NCBI GenBank assembly: GCA_963840855.1
Contig: CAWJBB010000027.1
Location: 160,001 to 224,000, forward strand
Reading direction: 5' to 3'
Length of the DNA: 64,000 nucleotides
Source of the DNA: an uncultured delta proteobacterium
Lineage (GTDB): Bacteria > Desulfobacterota > Binatia > UBA9968
The notes below the pieces were generated by a model. That model was not told the origin of the DNA, did not search any database, and saw only the letters and a list, made by a program, of their open reading frames with translations. Below, in pieces: positions 29,654-40,413 of this stretch; within the stretch, counting starts at the first letter, position 1; each line of letters starts with the position of its first letter. Made by a program: the position numbers and the translations under genes.

Positions 29654-31171
29654 TCATAGGATTTCCTCCTCCACCGAAGGCAAGGACGGTTCTGGATCCG
29701 AGTCCGAATCGGCGCCGTATTGGTGCAGATGAACGGTATCGGGCTTTCTCTTTGGGGTAAGCAGCGTCGGTCTTTGACCGTGGGCGACAAAGTAAAGGGC
29801 GCAGTCTTTGATGTAGGCGAGCCGTGTTTTGTTGAAGCTCAGGGCGCGCTGGCAGGCGTGGTCCAGAGCTTGAGGGGTGACGGGATAGCGTTTTGAAAGC
29901 CGCAAGATCCCTTGGACCCGCCGTAGATGGCGCAGCGGATGGTGGCCCGAGAGCAGCTGGTCGACCAACTTCTCGACATGGGGGCCGACCTGTTTGGCTT
30001 GCTGTTGGGCGTGACGGATTTCGAAGCGCGCTACGCTAAGCTTTTTTTCTGGATAATGGAAATCATAGGTGGAGAACTGTCCGATGCCCCTAAGTCTTGG
30101 GTGCGCGGTAAGGCATTGGCTGTCCTCGCTGAAGAGTTCGACGATTTTCTCCGTGAGTCTGACCCGGACTATTTGGCCGACGTAAACAAAGGGGACCGAG
30201 TAGAAGTTTTTTTCCACCTGGACATGGCAGTCGGGATGGACTTTAGCTTGCCGCCACTCGCTGAGCTCGAAGGGCGAAGCCGGCAGGGCTTTTAACTGCT
30301 TTTTCTCTTCAGCGAAGCGCTGGGAGCGGCTCACCCCATAGTCTTTCATCACTTCGTAGTTGAGCCGCTGTAGATAGTCCCGCAGCGTTTGATTGAGCTC
30401 GGGGAGCGAATAAAAGACGCGGTTACGGACCTCCTGGAAAAAACTCCTTTGGACCACTCCGATGTGGCTTTCTCCCGAGCCCTTGTCGCGGGGCTTTCGG
30501 GGCCTGGCCGGCAGAACAGCAAAGCCCATGTGATTGGCAAAGTCACAGTAGGTGGCATTGACATCGGGGTCGTACAGATCGGCCTTGTGGACACCGCTTT
30601 TGAGATTGTCCACGACCACGTAGGGGGTGATCCCACCAAAGTAGGCGAACATGCGGCTCTGGACCCCGATAAACGTGGCAAGCTTTTGATCTAGAACGAA
30701 CTCGCCGAAGAAATACGAGCTGAACGGCAACACGCCTAAGAAAAACTGTGTGAGAGTTTTATGGCCGGTGACCGGGTCGGTGAGAAACAGACCGTCACAG
30801 AAATCGATCTGGGTTTTTTCCGCGGGCTTATGATCGAGCCGGATCGTCACTTGATCGGGTGAGGCCTGCGCACTGACCTTCTCCCGAAACGCCCGCCAAA
30901 ACTTTACGTACGCGATATCGGGGGCCACTTCCCTCTGGATCTGCTTGACCGTGGTCCCTTTGCCATAGACTTCCTGGCGGACATACTCCCAGTCAAGCGT
31001 CTCCATCCAGCCGCCGATCTCAGAGGTCGGTTGTGGGGCTGGTTCCAAGAACTTGCGCACGGTTCGGCGCGAAAGCCTCAGTATCCGGGCGATGCTGCGA
31101 ATGGAATGCCCTTGTTCGGACAGAATTTTGATTTGCGCTTGCATACGAACGCTGGTCCTCTCTTTGGCCAT
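29654..31171 (-). CDS. istA: IS21 transposase IstA
   Basis: N-terminal HTH; QIDF...VVDNLKSGV...PRDKGSGE DDE motif. Confidence 0.95.
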   Translation of the reverse strand: MAKERTSVRMQAQIKILSEQGHSIRSIARILRLSRRTVRKFLEPAPQPTSEIGGWMETLDWEYVRQEVYGKGTTVKQIQREVAPDIAYVKFWRAFREKVSAQASPDQVTIRLDHKPAEKTQIDFCDGLFLTDPVTGHKTLTQFFLGVLPFSSYFFGEFVLDQKLATFIGVQSRMFAYFGGITPYVVVDNLKSGVHKADLYDPDVNATYCDFANHMGFAVLPARPRKPRDKGSGESHIGVVQRSFFQEVRNRVFYSLPELNQTLRDYLQRLNYEVMKDYGVSRSQRFAEEKKQLKALPASPFELSEWRQAKVHPDCHVQVEKNFYSVPFVYVGQIVRVRLTEKIVELFSEDSQCLTAHPRLRGIGQFSTYDFHYPEKKLSVARFEIRHAQQQAKQVGPHVEKLVDQLLSGHHPLRHLRRVQGILRLSKRYPVTPQALDHACQRALSFNKTRLAYIKDCALYFVAHGQRPTLLTPKRKPDTVHLHQYGADSDSDPEPSLPSVEEEIL

Positions 31172-31944
31172 CAACTGGATCCTCCTCCAGTTGGCCAAGG
31201 TAGCATCGTTCGTCGCTTAGCTCAGAAAACGAAGGGTACCACCTGAAATGGGGTGGGTCCCTTCCGTGAAATCAGGTGGGTCCCTTCGTTGAAATTGGGT
31301 GGGTACGTTCCGTGAAATCGGCCAATTGCAGCAGCCAAGACCGGAGGATAGTCGGTACCCAATACGAAAATGGATACGTACTAATAATATTTGAGAGTGA
31401 CGCGCCTCGTTTTTTCAAGGAAAAAGAGATTGCTCCAGGTTTGCTTGCGAAACTGAGGGCGATTGAGATTGAGCAATTTTACAGCGTACTTTGTATCCAT
31501 TCTTTTTTTCGTGACGATTGGCAGAAGCGTTACGATGCGGAACGGACGGTAACTGACAGATTACTGAATATAAGAAAGACGGGCAAGGAGCTTGTAGCGA
31601 TCCCGTAGAAAACGTCAATACTCGAACTCATCGACTCTTCGGCGCAATATACGCATTCTCTGTTGACGCCGTGTGCGTGCTATGTGAGCATGAGCCGGAG
31701 TTAAGGCTCCTCCAATCAACTTTCCGCTAGTTTCCAAGAAGCCGCGTTAACCGATCTGCCAGCCGGTATCCCGCCAGAATCATCCTTCGATCACCAATCC
31801 GGCTCGCGTTAACAACGTAGCCCACAGGAAGCACGGGAGCCGCTGCGAGCGCCGGAGTTAGGGAGGCCGTAAGGGAGCTATAGCAGGATTGCCGCCAGAA
31901 ATTGGAGGGCAAAGCCGATAAGTAAAAGAATAATCGAGTAGTCT

Positions 31945-32034
31945 GTATAGGAATTTTAACCCACCTTTTTTTCTGGCCTGAGCAATATCGCCGGACCGGT
32001 GGGATGTCAATCGTCTTTCTGTTTGATGAAAATC
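31945..32034 (-). mobile_element. IS91/ISCR oriIS-like end with outward promoter (copy 2)
   Basis: Reverse complement is 88/90 identical to 5801-5890. Confidence 0.65.
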
Positions 32035-32105
32035 GCTTGCGCATTAAACAGGTACTGTCAAAAATCTCTCTTGCTTTCGTCCGTGATAATTGTTACAAAG
32101 TACAA

Positions 32106-32303
32106 ATGACACCTGCACAAGTTAAGAAGCTAAGAGCGGCGCTCGGATTGACGCAGCAAGCGCTTGCCGACTTGATATCGGCGTATCGCGAGACCGTCGC
32201 ACGGTGGGAAGGCGGAACGAGCAGGCCGACCGGGGCATATCTCAAATTGCTCGAACAATTGGCGGAAAAGGCGAAACGAAGTAGGCGGAGCAGGGGCAAA
32301 TAA
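32106..32303 (+). CDS. XRE-family HTH regulator
   Basis: MTPAQVKKLRAALGLTQQALADLISAYRETVARWEGGTSRP. Confidence 0.9.
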   Translation: MTPAQVKKLRAALGLTQQALADLISAYRETVARWEGGTSRPTGAYLKLLEQLAEKAKRSRRSRGK

Positions 32304-32325
32304 ACGACCAGGGAAAGGGGAAAAT

Positions 32326-33497
32326 ATGGAGCAACAAAAATTTAAAAAAATACCGGAAGTGAACGGGGAGCCGACGCCGGGGCTTCACGAGCGCTCGTAT
32401 GACACGAAGCGCAAGCGGGCGGTTTTGTACTATGACGTTTTCACCGATTGGAAAGGTATCCGTCGGCGCTTCCCTTTGGCGGCAACCTGAAAAAGGCAGT
32501 GCAAAGGCTTCGCGAGTATGAAAAAAAGAACGACGCCGAGCACGATTTCGACGAAGCCAAAACGCGCCACATGGCTTTTTCGACATGGGCCGATAAGTGC
32601 AAGAGCGCGTTCAAGTCGCGAGACCATAGCTTGTTGCCGCACCTGAAGGAGTTTTTCGGTTCCACGGAATTGCGGAACATCGGCGACACGGACCTGACCG
32701 ACTACCGGGCGGCGCGCCAAGCCGAGAAAGTATCGAAGCGCGGCAAGGAAACGGGAAAAACCACGTCGCCGACGACCGTCAACAAGGAACTGGCACTGCT
32801 CAAAAAACTCTTGCGGTTGGCGCACAACAAGGAACTAATCAGGCGCGTTCCGCAGTTCAAGATGGAACCGGAGCCGAGCCGGGACAGAACCCTGAAGGAT
32901 TATGAATTCAACAGGCTTTTGGAGAATTCACCGACGTGGCTTCAGCGCGTCATGATATGCGCCACCGAAACGGCGTTGAGTCGCGGTGACTTGCTTTCGC
33001 TCGATTGGGCCGAGGTGGACCAAGTAAAGTGGCTTATCCAACTGAAGGGCGGGCGGGAAAAGACAGAGGTTCGCCAGGAAATCCCAATTCGCACGGCGCG
33101 GTTGACGGCGTTGTTCAACGAACTGGACGCCGAATACAAGTCGACGAACCCGGAAAACGTTGTGTCGACCATCAAGGGCAAAAAAATCAACACCAAGGGA
33201 CTTGTGTTCACCATCAAGGGCAAAAAGATCACGCCGATGCAAATACGGTGGGCGCTGCAAAAGGCGTGCAGGGCGGCGAAGATTACCGACTTCACTCTTC
33301 ACGACTTCCGCCATTGCGCCATAACGATGTGGCACACGATGCACGTTCCGGTATCGGCGGCGATGAGAGCGGCGGGACACTCCTCCGTGGCTTCGCACAA
33401 AAAATATGTGAACATGGACATGGACGGCGTGATAGACGCGTTCACCATTTGTGAACAGAGAAAATCGGAACCTACCAGAAAACCTGCAAGCGCTTGA
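32326..33497 (+). CDS. Phage-type tyrosine integrase (one frameshift near 32475)
   Basis: Catalytic R (ETALSRGDL), K, HDFRH, GH, Y; N-terminus MEQQKF... lies in another frame; no IntI-specific insertion evident. Confidence 0.9.
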
Positions 33498-33627
33498 TTT
33501 CTTTGATGTTCCAGACGGAACGCAAACCCCTAACATCGGCATAGCGGGCCGGCAATGCTGCTGGGAGGATGACTCTACAGAGGCGGGTAAAAGGCGAGCC
33601 TGCGCCGGGACGAATCCGTGGCGGCGC

Positions 33628-34596
33628 TCAAGCGCCCTTGCGCTTTTTTAGCTCTTCGATGAGCTGGGGAACGATCTTAAACAGATCGCCGACGACGCCG
33701 AAATCCGAATACTGAAAGATTGGCGCTTCGGGATCTTTGTTGATCGAGATGATGGTCTTGGAAGTCTTCATGCCCGAGAGATGCTGCACCGCCCCGGAAA
33801 TGCCGACAGCGAAATAAATATCGGGCTTCACCGTCTTGCCGGTCTGGCCGATCTGCATGGCGTAGGGCACCCAGCCGGCATCCACCGCCGCTCGGCTGGC
33901 GCCGATGGCGCCACCCAGCACATCGGCAAGCTCTTTCAATATTGCGAAGTTTTCCTCGCCCTTAAGCCCACGACCGCCGGAGATGACCATCTTGGCCCCT
34001 TCCAACGAAGGACCTTCGCGCTTCACCGTGACCCGTTCTTTCATGTGGACTTTGCGCAGCGATTCATCGGCGGGCGCCGAAACCTCCTCGATGTCCGGCG
34101 CCTGCTCGCTGACCCTGGGCTCAAACGATTTGGGCCGCACCAGCAGCAATTTCGTTCCCTGGCTCACCAGCGTGCTCGTATTCTGGTAACTTGCGCCCAG
34201 GGCGGGAATCGTCGCTTCGACGCTGCCGTCTTTGAGCTGGAAATCGCCGACATCGGTAATCGCGCCGCAATCGAGCCGAGCGCTCAAGTTGGCGACCAAA
34301 TCGCGGCCGGCGTAGCTGGATGCGAACAGCATCACCGCAGGACTATGCTTTTGAATCAGGCCGGCGACGGTCTCCGCCGCGGGCAAGGTCAAATAGTCTC
34401 GATAAACCGCGTCCCCGCTCCGATAAATCTTGCTCGCGCCATGCTTGGCGAGCGTCTGCACGGCCTCATCCGGCGCGGGGCCGAGCAAAATCGCTTCGGC
34501 TTTCCCAACTTCCGCTGCTTTGGCAAGCATCTCCAAAGAGGTCGTGGTTAGCTTGTCGTCGCCAATTTCCGCGTAAACCCAGATTACGTCTGCCAC
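33628..34596 (-). CDS. etfA: Electron transfer flavoprotein alpha subunit
   Basis: SGGRG...[11 protein letters not shown]...[11 protein letters not shown]...GISGAVQH. Confidence 0.97.
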   Translation of the reverse strand: MADVIWVYAEIGDDKLTTTSLEMLAKAAEVGKAEAILLGPAPDEAVQTLAKHGASKIYRSGDAVYRDYLTLPAAETVAGLIQKHSPAVMLFASSYAGRDLVANLSARLDCGAITDVGDFQLKDGSVEATIPALGASYQNTSTLVSQGTKLLLVRPKSFEPRVSEQAPDIEEVSAPADESLRKVHMKERVTVKREGPSLEGAKMVISGGRGLKGEENFAILKELADVLGGAIGASRAAVDAGWVPYAMQIGQTGKTVKPDIYFAVGISGAVQHLSGMKTSKTIISINKDPEAPIFQYSDFGVVGDLFKIVPQLIEELKKRKGA

Positions 34597-35376
34597 TTAG
34601 ATCACCTTGATTTCAGCTAAGAAGTCCGCGATCTGCTTGCCGCCCTCGCCTTCGTCGGTAACCACCTTCCCGGCTTCTCGCTTGGGCGGCCGGCCGATGG
34701 TGAGAACTTTTTCCCGCGCGCCTTTTTCGCCCACTTGATCCGGCGCCAGGCCCAAATCGGCCGCGCTGTAAACTTTGATCTCTTTTTTCTTCGCCGCCAT
34801 GATGCCCTTGAGCTGCGGATAACGCGGTTCGTTGATGCCGCTGCTGCACGCGACGAGGGCGGGCAACGTCGCCTCCACGAGGTCGTAGCCGGCCTCGCTC
34901 TGACGCTTGATGCTGATTTGCTTGCCATCGACCGTGATTTCTTTGGCGAAGGTGAGGGGCGGGAGGCCCAATAGCCGAGCTATTTGTCCATGGACTATAC
35001 CGGAATAACTATCCCCGCTTTCCGTCGCGCAAATGACCAGATCGAATTCTTGTTTTTTGATTGCCGCCGCCAGTAATTTCGCCGTGCCGAGTGTGTCGGA
35101 GCCGGCGACAGCGTCGTCGAGAATATGCACCGCCGAGGCCACCCCCATCGCCAAAGCGTTGCGAATTCCGATGGTCGCGTCGCGGGTCCCCATGGTGACC
35201 AGCGTCACCGTGCCGCCATGCTTTTCCGTGAGACGCAGACCTTCCTCCACGGCGCTCGCCGCCATAGGATCGAGCTCATGCGGTACGCCCTTGCGCACCA
35301 TGCGTTTGCTGTTGGCGTCGAGCTCGATGATGACCGTGGCCTGGGGAATGACTTTACCGCATACGACGACGTTCAA
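34597..35376 (-). CDS. etfB: Electron transfer flavoprotein beta subunit
   Basis: ALAMG...GSDTLGTA...INEPRYP.LKGIMAAKKK. Confidence 0.97.
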   Translation of the reverse strand: MNVVVCGKVIPQATVIIELDANSKRMVRKGVPHELDPMAASAVEEGLRLTEKHGGTVTLVTMGTRDATIGIRNALAMGVASAVHILDDAVAGSDTLGTAKLLAAAIKKQEFDLVICATESGDSYSGIVHGQIARLLGLPPLTFAKEITVDGKQISIKRQSEAGYDLVEATLPALVACSSGINEPRYPQLKGIMAAKKKEIKVYSAADLGLAPDQVGEKGAREKVLTIGRPPKREAGKVVTDEGEGGKQIADFLAEIKVI

Positions 35377-35497
35377 TGTTTCAGCCTCCGTCTATATTGA
35401 CTTTCGGCCCTTGGATAAGACAAAGGCGCCGTTGCGGTCCGGGCGCCTTGTCCAAATGAAAGCTCGCCTATCGACCAGCGAGCGGTTGGCAAATGAT

Positions 35498-35689
35498 TTA
35501 CGACCACCACTCTTTGACGTTGCCTTCCATGACCACGTCAAGAATTTCCTTACAATCCGCGATCGCCTGGTCGACGATTTTCGGATCGTCCTTGAGATGC
35601 GGTATGCCGGTGCCCACCGCTTTCTTCAAGGCTTGAATAAATTCCTTGAACTGCTCGTCCAGTGCTTCGGTATTGGGCGCTGCTTGCAT
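35498..35689 (-). CDS. Small hypothetical protein
   Basis: MQAAPNTEALDEQFKEF... with SD GAGG; appears fused upstream only through a frameshift. Confidence 0.55.
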   Translation of the reverse strand: MQAAPNTEALDEQFKEFIQALKKAVGTGIPHLKDDPKIVDQAIADCKEILDVVMEGNVKEWWS

Positions 35690-35703
35690 GGTCGTCCTCT
35701 GAT

Positions 35704-36427
35704 TTAGAAATAGAGACGGCCCTTGTTGGGGTCGGGAACGCGTAAGGCCCATCTTGACGATCAGGGCATCGACTTCATCTTTATACTGCTGGCGCGCCAC
35801 CGCGTTGGGGCGGCGTTTGAGCCCCCAGTGCATATAGCGCTCCGAGCGATACGACTTGCTGTTGCCGAACATATCCAGGCCTTTGGCGTACCAGTAATCG
35901 ACGGCCTTTTGAATCCTCTCCTTGTGCTCGCCGCCTTTCGCGGCGAATTCGGCCGACGCGTTGGTGCCGAAGTCGACATGCCCTTCTTCTTCCCTGATAA
36001 TATCCGGATCCTCGACCACCCGGGCCAGGGGCAAATAGGTGCAGTCAATAAACTCCTCAAGCTGGAAACGACCGACGCGGTCGACCAAAAAACCGAAAAC
36101 GGCAAAATCTTCCCAGGTTTTGATTTGGCCGCGAAAAGCCTCGACGTATCTTTCCTGATTGGGCCGGCTGAGCGTGTATGAAACGTCGACGCCGATGTCA
36201 CCGGCCAGGCGCGCCATTTTTCTGAAGTGGTCCATCTCCTCGGCCGCCGTGCGCGCGACGATGAGTTGGTCCAATTTAGTCGGCGCGTTGGGCAGAATAT
36301 CCTTGACGTAAAGGTTGGGGCCGCCGATCTCGCAATCCGCTTGAATCGCAAGCACGCGGCGCAGCAAATCCTGATATTCCGGGTCCTGCTTCTCGAAATC
36401 CTTCAGTTCGATCTTGTCGGTAAACAT
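35704..36427 (-). CDS. PaaA/PaaC-like ferritin-fold diiron protein (frameshift near 3' end)
   Basis: QADCEIGG, EEMDH, FLVD, EEEGH; ends GRLYF* in alternative frame. Confidence 0.8.
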
Positions 36428-36655
36428 TTATTAGAGCCTCCTGTCGCTGGCAAATCTGCGTGGCTACTGGAAATGGCTTAACAAAACGATGTCGATAAAT
36501 CAACAGTGAGGGCCGTCACGCGCCTTAACCCCGTTCAAAACGTATCGTCGATGAATATCGAACCGTAAGAGGAAGCTTAACATGAACGTTAACCGCGCAC
36601 GGGGTTTACTCGCTTCCAGCTTTTCACTACACTCTGCGCAAGAACGGAACCCGCC

Positions 36656-38008
36656 ATGGCCACCGGGGAAAAATTCGCGCTGCTTACCGACCTCTACCAG
36701 CTCACTATGGCGCAGAGCTATTTTCGCGAGGGCAAATCAGGGCTTGCCACTTTCAGCCTGTTCATCCGCTCCTATCCGCCCAACCGCGGTTATTTCGTCG
36801 CGGCGGGATTGCGCGACGTTATCGAGTTTCTCGAAACTTTTTCCTTCGGTGCGGCGGCCCTCGACTATCTGTCTTCCCTGAACCTATGCACCGATGACTT
36901 CCTGCACTTTCTCAGCGGCCTGCGATTTACCGGGGACGTCTGGGCGCTGCCTGAGGGGCGAATTTTTTTTCCCGATGAGCCGGTTTTGGAAGTCACCGCG
37001 CCGATCATCGAGGCGCAGCTCGTCGAGACCTTCATCATCAATCAGATCAATTTGCAATCGCTCATCGCCACCAAAGCCGCCCGCTGCGTTCATGCCGCGG
37101 CGGGACGACCGCTGGCGGACTTCGCGCTCAGACGCACCCACGGCACCGACGCCGGCATGAAAGTAGCGCGCGCCAGCTACATTGCCGGCTTCGCCGCAAC
37201 CAGCAACGTGCGCGCCGGGCAGCGCTACGGCATTCCGCTGGCCGGCACCATGGCCCACTCGTTCGTTACCAGCTTCGAACGCGAGATCGACGCCTTCCGC
37301 GCTTATGTCGCGAGCTTTCCCAACAACGCGATATTGCTGATCGACACTTTCGACACGCTCCAAGGCGCGCGCATCGCAGTCGAGGTGGCCAAGGAAATGG
37401 CCGCCCGCGGCCAACGCCTTCAAGGGGTGCGCATCGACAGCGGCGACTTGGAACAACTCGCCATTGAAGTGCGCCGCGTATTTGACGACGCGGGATTGAA
37501 GGAAGTGAAAATTATCGGCAGCGGCGGTTTGGACGAATATGACCTCGCGCGATTCACCAACGCTAAAATCCCCTACGACAGTTATGGCATCGGCACCAAG
37601 ATGGGCGTATCCGCCGACGCGCCGTGGAGCGACATGGCCTATAAGCTAGTCGAATTCGGCGACCGCTCAGTCTTAAAACTCAGCACGGGCAAGGAGTCGT
37701 GGCCGGGAAAGAAGCAGGTGTTTCGCGTCCATGACGATCAGGGACAACTATCTGGAGACCTTGTCGCTCTGCGTAGCGAGCAGATGCCGGGAACAGAGAC
37801 TTTGTTAACGCAAGTTATGCAGGCGGGCAAAATCGTCGGCCGGCTGCCAACCCTCGACGACTCCAAGTCGGTTTGCCGCGATGAGCTTGACCGGCTACCG
37901 GAAATTTACCAAGCCATCGTCGATCCGGCTTGTTACCCCGTTCAGTTCAGCGCCGGCCTAAAAGACCTGCGCGATTCCATCCGAAAGCGGGCGCTGCAAG
38001 CGCACTAG
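36656..38008 (+). CDS. pncB: Nicotinate phosphoribosyltransferase
   Basis: LLTDLYQLTM, DFALRR, GTMAHSFV, LIDTFD, GVRIDSGD. Confidence 0.95.
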   Translation: MATGEKFALLTDLYQLTMAQSYFREGKSGLATFSLFIRSYPPNRGYFVAAGLRDVIEFLETFSFGAAALDYLSSLNLCTDDFLHFLSGLRFTGDVWALPEGRIFFPDEPVLEVTAPIIEAQLVETFIINQINLQSLIATKAARCVHAAAGRPLADFALRRTHGTDAGMKVARASYIAGFAATSNVRAGQRYGIPLAGTMAHSFVTSFEREIDAFRAYVASFPNNAILLIDTFDTLQGARIAVEVAKEMAARGQRLQGVRIDSGDLEQLAIEVRRVFDDAGLKEVKIIGSGGLDEYDLARFTNAKIPYDSYGIGTKMGVSADAPWSDMAYKLVEFGDRSVLKLSTGKESWPGKKQVFRVHDDQGQLSGDLVALRSEQMPGTETLLTQVMQAGKIVGRLPTLDDSKSVCRDELDRLPEIYQAIVDPACYPVQFSAGLKDLRDSIRKRALQAH

Positions 38009-38014
38009 AGCTTC

Positions 38015-38074
38015 GTTCAAGGTTCAACGTTCCAATCGCTCCCCACCTTGAACCTTGAACGTTGAACTTTGAAC
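38015..38074. repeat. Inverted array of heptamer repeats (GTTCAAn / nTTGAAC) between convergent genes
   Basis: gttcaaggttcaacgttcc...ttgaaccttgaacgttgaactttgaac; sister copy at 43960-44021. Confidence 0.75.
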
Positions 38075-38091
38075 CAGCAGGCGAATGCCGG

Positions 38092-39084
38092 CTAGAACTT
38101 AACCACCGCGGCGCCCCAGGCAAAACCGGAGCCAAAGGCGTTAAGCAACAGGATGTCGCCCGGTTTGATCCGTCCCTGGCGTTTGGCTTCGTCGAGCGCC
38201 ACGGGAATCGAGGCCGCCGAGGTGTTGCCGTATTTGTCGACGTTCACGACGACTTTGTCCATCGACACGCCGAGCCGTTCGGCCAGGGCGACGATGATGC
38301 GCCGGTTCGCCTGGTGCGGAATCACGAGGGAGACTTGATCGATGGCGACGCCGGCCTCTTCGAGAGCCTGGCAGCTGATCTCTTCCATGGAGCGCACGGC
38401 GATCTTGAACACTTCCTTGCCGTTCATCGTGATGGTGTGTTCATGACGACGCACGGTTTCCGCGCTGGCGGGCCGTAACGAGCCGCCGGCGGGTATGTAG
38501 AGCGTTTTTGCGTAAGCGCCATCGGTGCGCAACTTGGTGCTCAGAATTCCGTTGCCGTTCTCGGAAGCGCCGAGCACCACCGCGCCGGCGCCGTCGCCGA
38601 ACAGAATACAGGTGCCGCGGTCTTGCCAGTTGAGCACGCGGCTGAGCGCATCGGAGCCGACCACGAGGGCGTTGCGGATTTTTCCGGTGCGGATAAAGCA
38701 GTCCGCTACGGACAACGCGTTGAGAAATCCCGAACAGGCGGCGCCCACGTCGAAGGAAAAGACTCCGCGCGCGCCGAGCTTGTCTTCGAGGACGCAAGCG
38801 GAGCTCGGCATCTGATAGTCGGCGGTGACGGTCGCCATGATAATGGCGTCGAGGTCTGAGGTATCCATACCGGCGTCGGCGAGAGCGCGCTTGGCCGCTT
38901 CGCAGGCCATGTCGGCGGTGCCCTTGCCTTCTTCCAAGATGCGCCGTTCCTTGATGCCCGTCCGCACTGTGATCCACTCGTCGCTGGTATCGACCATCTT
39001 TTCGAGTTCCTGGTTGGTAACGACCGTCGACGGCAGCTCGGACCCAGTGCCGAGAATGACGCTGCGCAATTGCGCTGTGCTCAT
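38092..39084 (-). CDS. fabH: Beta-ketoacyl-ACP synthase III
   Basis: [24 protein letters not shown]. Confidence 0.97.
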   Translation of the reverse strand: MSTAQLRSVILGTGSELPSTVVTNQELEKMVDTSDEWITVRTGIKERRILEEGKGTADMACEAAKRALADAGMDTSDLDAIIMATVTADYQMPSSACVLEDKLGARGVFSFDVGAACSGFLNALSVADCFIRTGKIRNALVVGSDALSRVLNWQDRGTCILFGDGAGAVVLGASENGNGILSTKLRTDGAYAKTLYIPAGGSLRPASAETVRRHEHTITMNGKEVFKIAVRSMEEISCQALEEAGVAIDQVSLVIPHQANRRIIVALAERLGVSMDKVVVNVDKYGNTSAASIPVALDEAKRQGRIKPGDILLLNAFGSGFAWGAAVVKF

Positions 39085-40334
39085 TCGCTCCTCCTGAATA
39101 TGACGCATGCGTTGGTGCCGCCGAATCCGAAGGAATTGGAAAGGGCGACTTTTATATCCGCCTTGCGCGCCTGGTTCGGCACATAGTCAAGATCACAGGC
39201 CGGATCGGGAGTATCGTAATTAATCGTCGGGGGGATGATACCATAGTGCAATGCCAGCGCCGAGTATACTCCCTCCACCGCTCCCGCCGCGCCCAACAGA
39301 TGGCCGGTCATCGATTTGGTCGAGCTTACCGCCAGCCGCGCCCCGTGTTCGCCGAACACTTTTTTGATCGCCGTGGATTCGTTGGCGTCGTTATACTCCG
39401 TGGATGTCCCATGGGCATTGATGTAGTCGACCTCGCTGGGCGCGATACCCGCGTCTCGCAACGCCAACTGCATGCAACGCGCCGCGCCCTCGCCTTCCGG
39501 TGCCGGCGCCGTCATATGATACGCGTCGCCGTTGGCGCCGTAGCCGATCACTTCCGCGTATATCTTCGCGCCCCGTTTGACGGCGCGCTCGCGTTCTTCG
39601 AGAATTAAGACGCCGGAACCCTCGCCGATGACAAAACCGTCCCGGTCTTTGTCGAATGGCCGGCTCGCCCGCTCCGGTTCATCGTTGCGCGTCGACAGCG
39701 CCTTCATGGCTGCGAAGCCGCCGACACCGAGCGGCGTGATCGCCGCTTCCGCCCCACCCGCAATCACCGCATCCTGCAACCCGCGGCGAATCAGATGAAA
39801 CCCTTCGCCGATGGCATGGGTGCCGGAAGCGCACGCCGAAGTTGGCGTTAGGTTGATACCCTTGGTGCCAAAGCGTATCGCGATATGTCCCGGCGCAAGA
39901 TTGGAGATCACTTTGGGAATGAAGAAAGGCGATATTTTTCGCGGCCCGCCGGCCAGCAAAGCTACCTTGGTAACTTCGAGCGTCTCGAGACCGCACATCC
40001 CGACGCCGATAATGACGCCGACAGCTTCGGCGAACTCCGGATCGATCTTTAAGCCGCTGTCTTCCATCGCCATCGACGCCGCGCCGATGGCATAGTGGAT
40101 GAAACGATCCATTTTCTTGATCTCTTTGGCCTCGATAAAATCTTCGGCGCGAAAATCCGTTACCTGTCCGGCGATGCGCGACGCGTAGGACTCGATATCG
40201 GGAAAGCGGTCGATGAGTTTTATTCCCGAACGCCCGGCGGTCACGGCGTCCCAATTTTTTTGCACGCCGGTACCCAGTGGCGTCACCAGACCAAGACCTG
40301 TCAAGACAACTCGTCGTTGCTCAGCTCTGTTCAC
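39081..40334 (-). CDS. fabF: Beta-ketoacyl-ACP synthase II
   Basis: [32 protein letters not shown]. Confidence 0.97.
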   Translation of the reverse strand: MNRAEQRRVVLTGLGLVTPLGTGVQKNWDAVTAGRSGIKLIDRFPDIESYASRIAGQVTDFRAEDFIEAKEIKKMDRFIHYAIGAASMAMEDSGLKIDPEFAEAVGVIIGVGMCGLETLEVTKVALLAGGPRKISPFFIPKVISNLAPGHIAIRFGTKGINLTPTSACASGTHAIGEGFHLIRRGLQDAVIAGGAEAAITPLGVGGFAAMKALSTRNDEPERASRPFDKDRDGFVIGEGSGVLILEERERAVKRGAKIYAEVIGYGANGDAYHMTAPAPEGEGAARCMQLALRDAGIAPSEVDYINAHGTSTEYNDANESTAIKKVFGEHGARLAVSSTKSMTGHLLGAAGAVEGVYSALALHYGIIPPTINYDTPDPACDLDYVPNQARKADIKVALSNSFGFGGTNACVIFRRSE

Positions 40335-40413
40335 TTTTTCGTAACCGTTCGGTAATGGATTTGAAACCTAAAGATAGATTAGACCGGCGGAAGGGTCAAT
40401 AGAAACTTGCGCA

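Larger units (their letters stand above)
28636..31324 (-). mobile_element. IS21-family insertion sequence, complete
   Basis: Ends TGCTCGATTTCAC / TGGCCGATTTCAC; multiple internal TGAAAT..GGTGGGTCCC repeats; 6-bp TSD ATTGCA (28630-28635, 31325-31330). Confidence 0.92.
28473..31608 (+). pseudogene. Secreted hypothetical protein gene split by IS21
   Basis: Removing the IS and one ATTGCA copy restores frame ...NGLYYC|SSQDRRIVG... Confidence 0.75.

Noticed and set aside
32326-33497. Integrase as the integron integrase IntI
   Set aside because: Phage-type architecture, no evident IntI-specific insertion between catalytic patches, and no adjacent attI or cassette.
33498-33627. tRNA or attR core next to the integrase
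   Set aside because: No cloverleaf seen; only a 9-bp match (ACATCGGCA) with ~25694, too short to call.
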